A stretch of 64,000 bases of DNA, taken from IMG/VR virus record IMGVR_UViG_3300006931_000029, positions 124,001-188,000 of that record; one strand, 5' to 3'. Within the stretch, counting starts at the first letter, position 1, and each line of letters starts with the position of its first letter. The translations under genes and the position numbers were made by a program. Below, piece after piece: positions 62,809-64,000 of the stretch. The notes beneath the pieces are model-generated. The model was not told where the DNA came from, searched no databases, and saw nothing but the letters and a program-made list of their open reading frames with translations.

Positions 62809-63180
62809 CTAACCCTGTGACGGGTCTCCGTCCATGTCCAATATCCGAGTGGGACGTGGGAATTCGGTGATGTAGAGATGCCGACCTACTTCCTTCGCCA
62901 CGATTATCGGTCGTGCACCACCGACCGGATAGATGTCAAGGATATAGGAGCCGAAGTCCAACCATGAATGCTCCCATAGCTTCGACGGCACGTACCAGCC
63001 ACGAACCACTGTGCCTTTGCCCGTCCACTCATGGAAAGTCTTCGCTGCGGTGTGGCAATCAGAGATTCCTTCCAGCATGTTCAACGCTGTCCACGCGTCA
63101 GCCAACAGCTCGTCGATCTCGGCCGGCGTACTCGGCAAGTCGCCAGAGACCTGAGCGTAAGGCGTGAACGTCGGTTTCAT
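62809..63180 (-). CDS. hypothetical protein, possible Cys-His catalytic fold
   Basis: DCHTAA...VVRGW...WEHSWL...ILDI. Confidence 0.6.
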   Translation of the reverse strand: MKPTFTPYAQVSGDLPSTPAEIDELLADAWTALNMLEGISDCHTAAKTFHEWTGKGTVVRGWYVPSKLWEHSWLDFGSYILDIYPVGGARPIIVAKEVGRHLYITEFPRPTRILDMDGDPSQG

Positions 63181-63371
63181 TCTTCGACGTTAACGTAATG
63201 GTAAGGAACAGGCGGCGTGCCCTTCTCCTGAATACGAAAGTTGCGTGCGCCCGCCTCCACTAAATCTTGAATCGTAGCTTCAGGGTCAATGAAAATCCTA
63301 ACGCCTCGCCCATCGATCATCTCGAGTTGCTCAGGGCGGGTACGGATTTCGTGAATGACTTTCTTCTTCAT
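63177..63371 (-). CDS. hypothetical protein
   Basis: ATGA-coupled. Confidence 0.55.
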   Translation of the reverse strand: MKKKVIHEIRTRPEQLEMIDGRGVRIFIDPEATIQDLVEAGARNFRIQEKGTPPVPYHYVNVEE

Positions 63372-63372
63372 G

Positions 63373-63576
63373 CTATTCGTGTCGTGGAACCGATTGAGGA
63401 TAGATGGACAAGTAGTGGGCAGGACACATGCAGTGGCGTTTGAACTCGACCTCTCGGTGTGCAGACATTACTGTTTCAAGTACGTCCCTCGGGTGACACG
63501 GGAATCGTATCGAGACTTCGCCCTTGCCACGGCAGTCGTTGCATTCCCAACCGAAGACCTGAGAAGTTGGCGTCAC
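63373..63576 (-). CDS. zinc-ribbon protein
   Basis: CNDC...H...HC.C. Confidence 0.55.
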   Translation of the reverse strand: MTPTSQVFGWECNDCRGKGEVSIRFPCHPRDVLETVMSAHREVEFKRHCMCPAHYLSIYPQSVPRHE

Positions 63577-63995
63577 AACTGTGGCAGTTCCGGGTTTGGA
63601 TCGGGCATCCAGTGAGTGACGTGTTCAGTCTTCAACCAGTAACGGCCGCCGTCCGGAGCTGAGAAGTATGGATACCGCTTGTCATTGTCGGCGAAGAAGA
63701 AACCACCACGATAGACGTGTCCATACCTGATGAAGCGAACCATATCGCCTGCGTGAGGAATCGGTGCGCCATCCACGATTTTGATCCACGCGTCGGTGTA
63801 GACACCTAGCTCCTCCATGCGATCGGCAATAACCTTTCGGCGCTCATCAGGTTTCAAACCCTCCTTTGGTTTGCACGTCTCGGTTCCGATGAGTCGACGA
63901 GTCTTTGCATCGAACGTCCAAACTGTCAACATGCGACAGTTTGCGTGGATTTTGTAACCGTGGTAGAAGGCACCGGACGCTTTAGCTGGAGGCAT
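63573..63995 (-). CDS. hypothetical protein with DUF551-like C-terminus
   Basis: Ends VTHWMPDP; may extend beyond the window. Confidence 0.6.
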   Translation of the reverse strand: MPPAKASGAFYHGYKIHANCRMLTVWTFDAKTRRLIGTETCKPKEGLKPDERRKVIADRMEELGVYTDAWIKIVDGAPIPHAGDMVRFIRYGHVYRGGFFFADNDKRYPYFSAPDGGRYWLKTEHVTHWMPDPNPELPQL

Positions 63996-64000
63996 AAATT

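Noticed and set aside
1-64000. Genome-wide TAG reassignment (code 15/16)
   Set aside because: Long genes (terminase, ATPase, fibres) are intact under code 11, and many genes clearly end at TAG.

Overview
This window is a 64-kb segment of a large tailed dsDNA phage genome (T4-like/jumbo-type myovirus). It carries a large terminase, a gp53-like baseplate protein, two collagen-like tail-fibre modules, Gly-rich virion proteins and about 100 densely packed small genes, mostly on the minus strand. No integrase or CRISPR array was found. A VPEP-type PEP-CTERM protein and the near absence of Shine-Dalgarno sites suggest a Gram-negative, exosortase-bearing host, plausibly Verrucomicrobiota (inference). 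The most striking candidate system lies at 8.6-10.4 kb. A canonical amber-suppressor tRNA (anticodon CUA) sits beside two genes, one a PTH2 peptidyl-tRNA hydrolase, that both begin with a near-identical leader M-K-x-E-N-UAG-V and so need amber readthrough. Between them are two tRNA-derived RNAs with remodelled D-loops and anticodon arms, although the rest of the window uses TAG as a normal stop. Other candidates are a shared amphipathic peptide tag in about 13 unrelated small proteins (possible capsid-packaging or protease signal), two unrecognised highly structured ncRNAs and two recurrent promoter-like motifs implying leaderless mRNAs. Anti-defence and host-manipulation genes include a Tad1-like sponge, NADAR, ACP, NfeD-flotillin, a UvrD-like Tudor domain and glycosyltransferases. 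All product calls come from motif recognition by eye; no database search was run.
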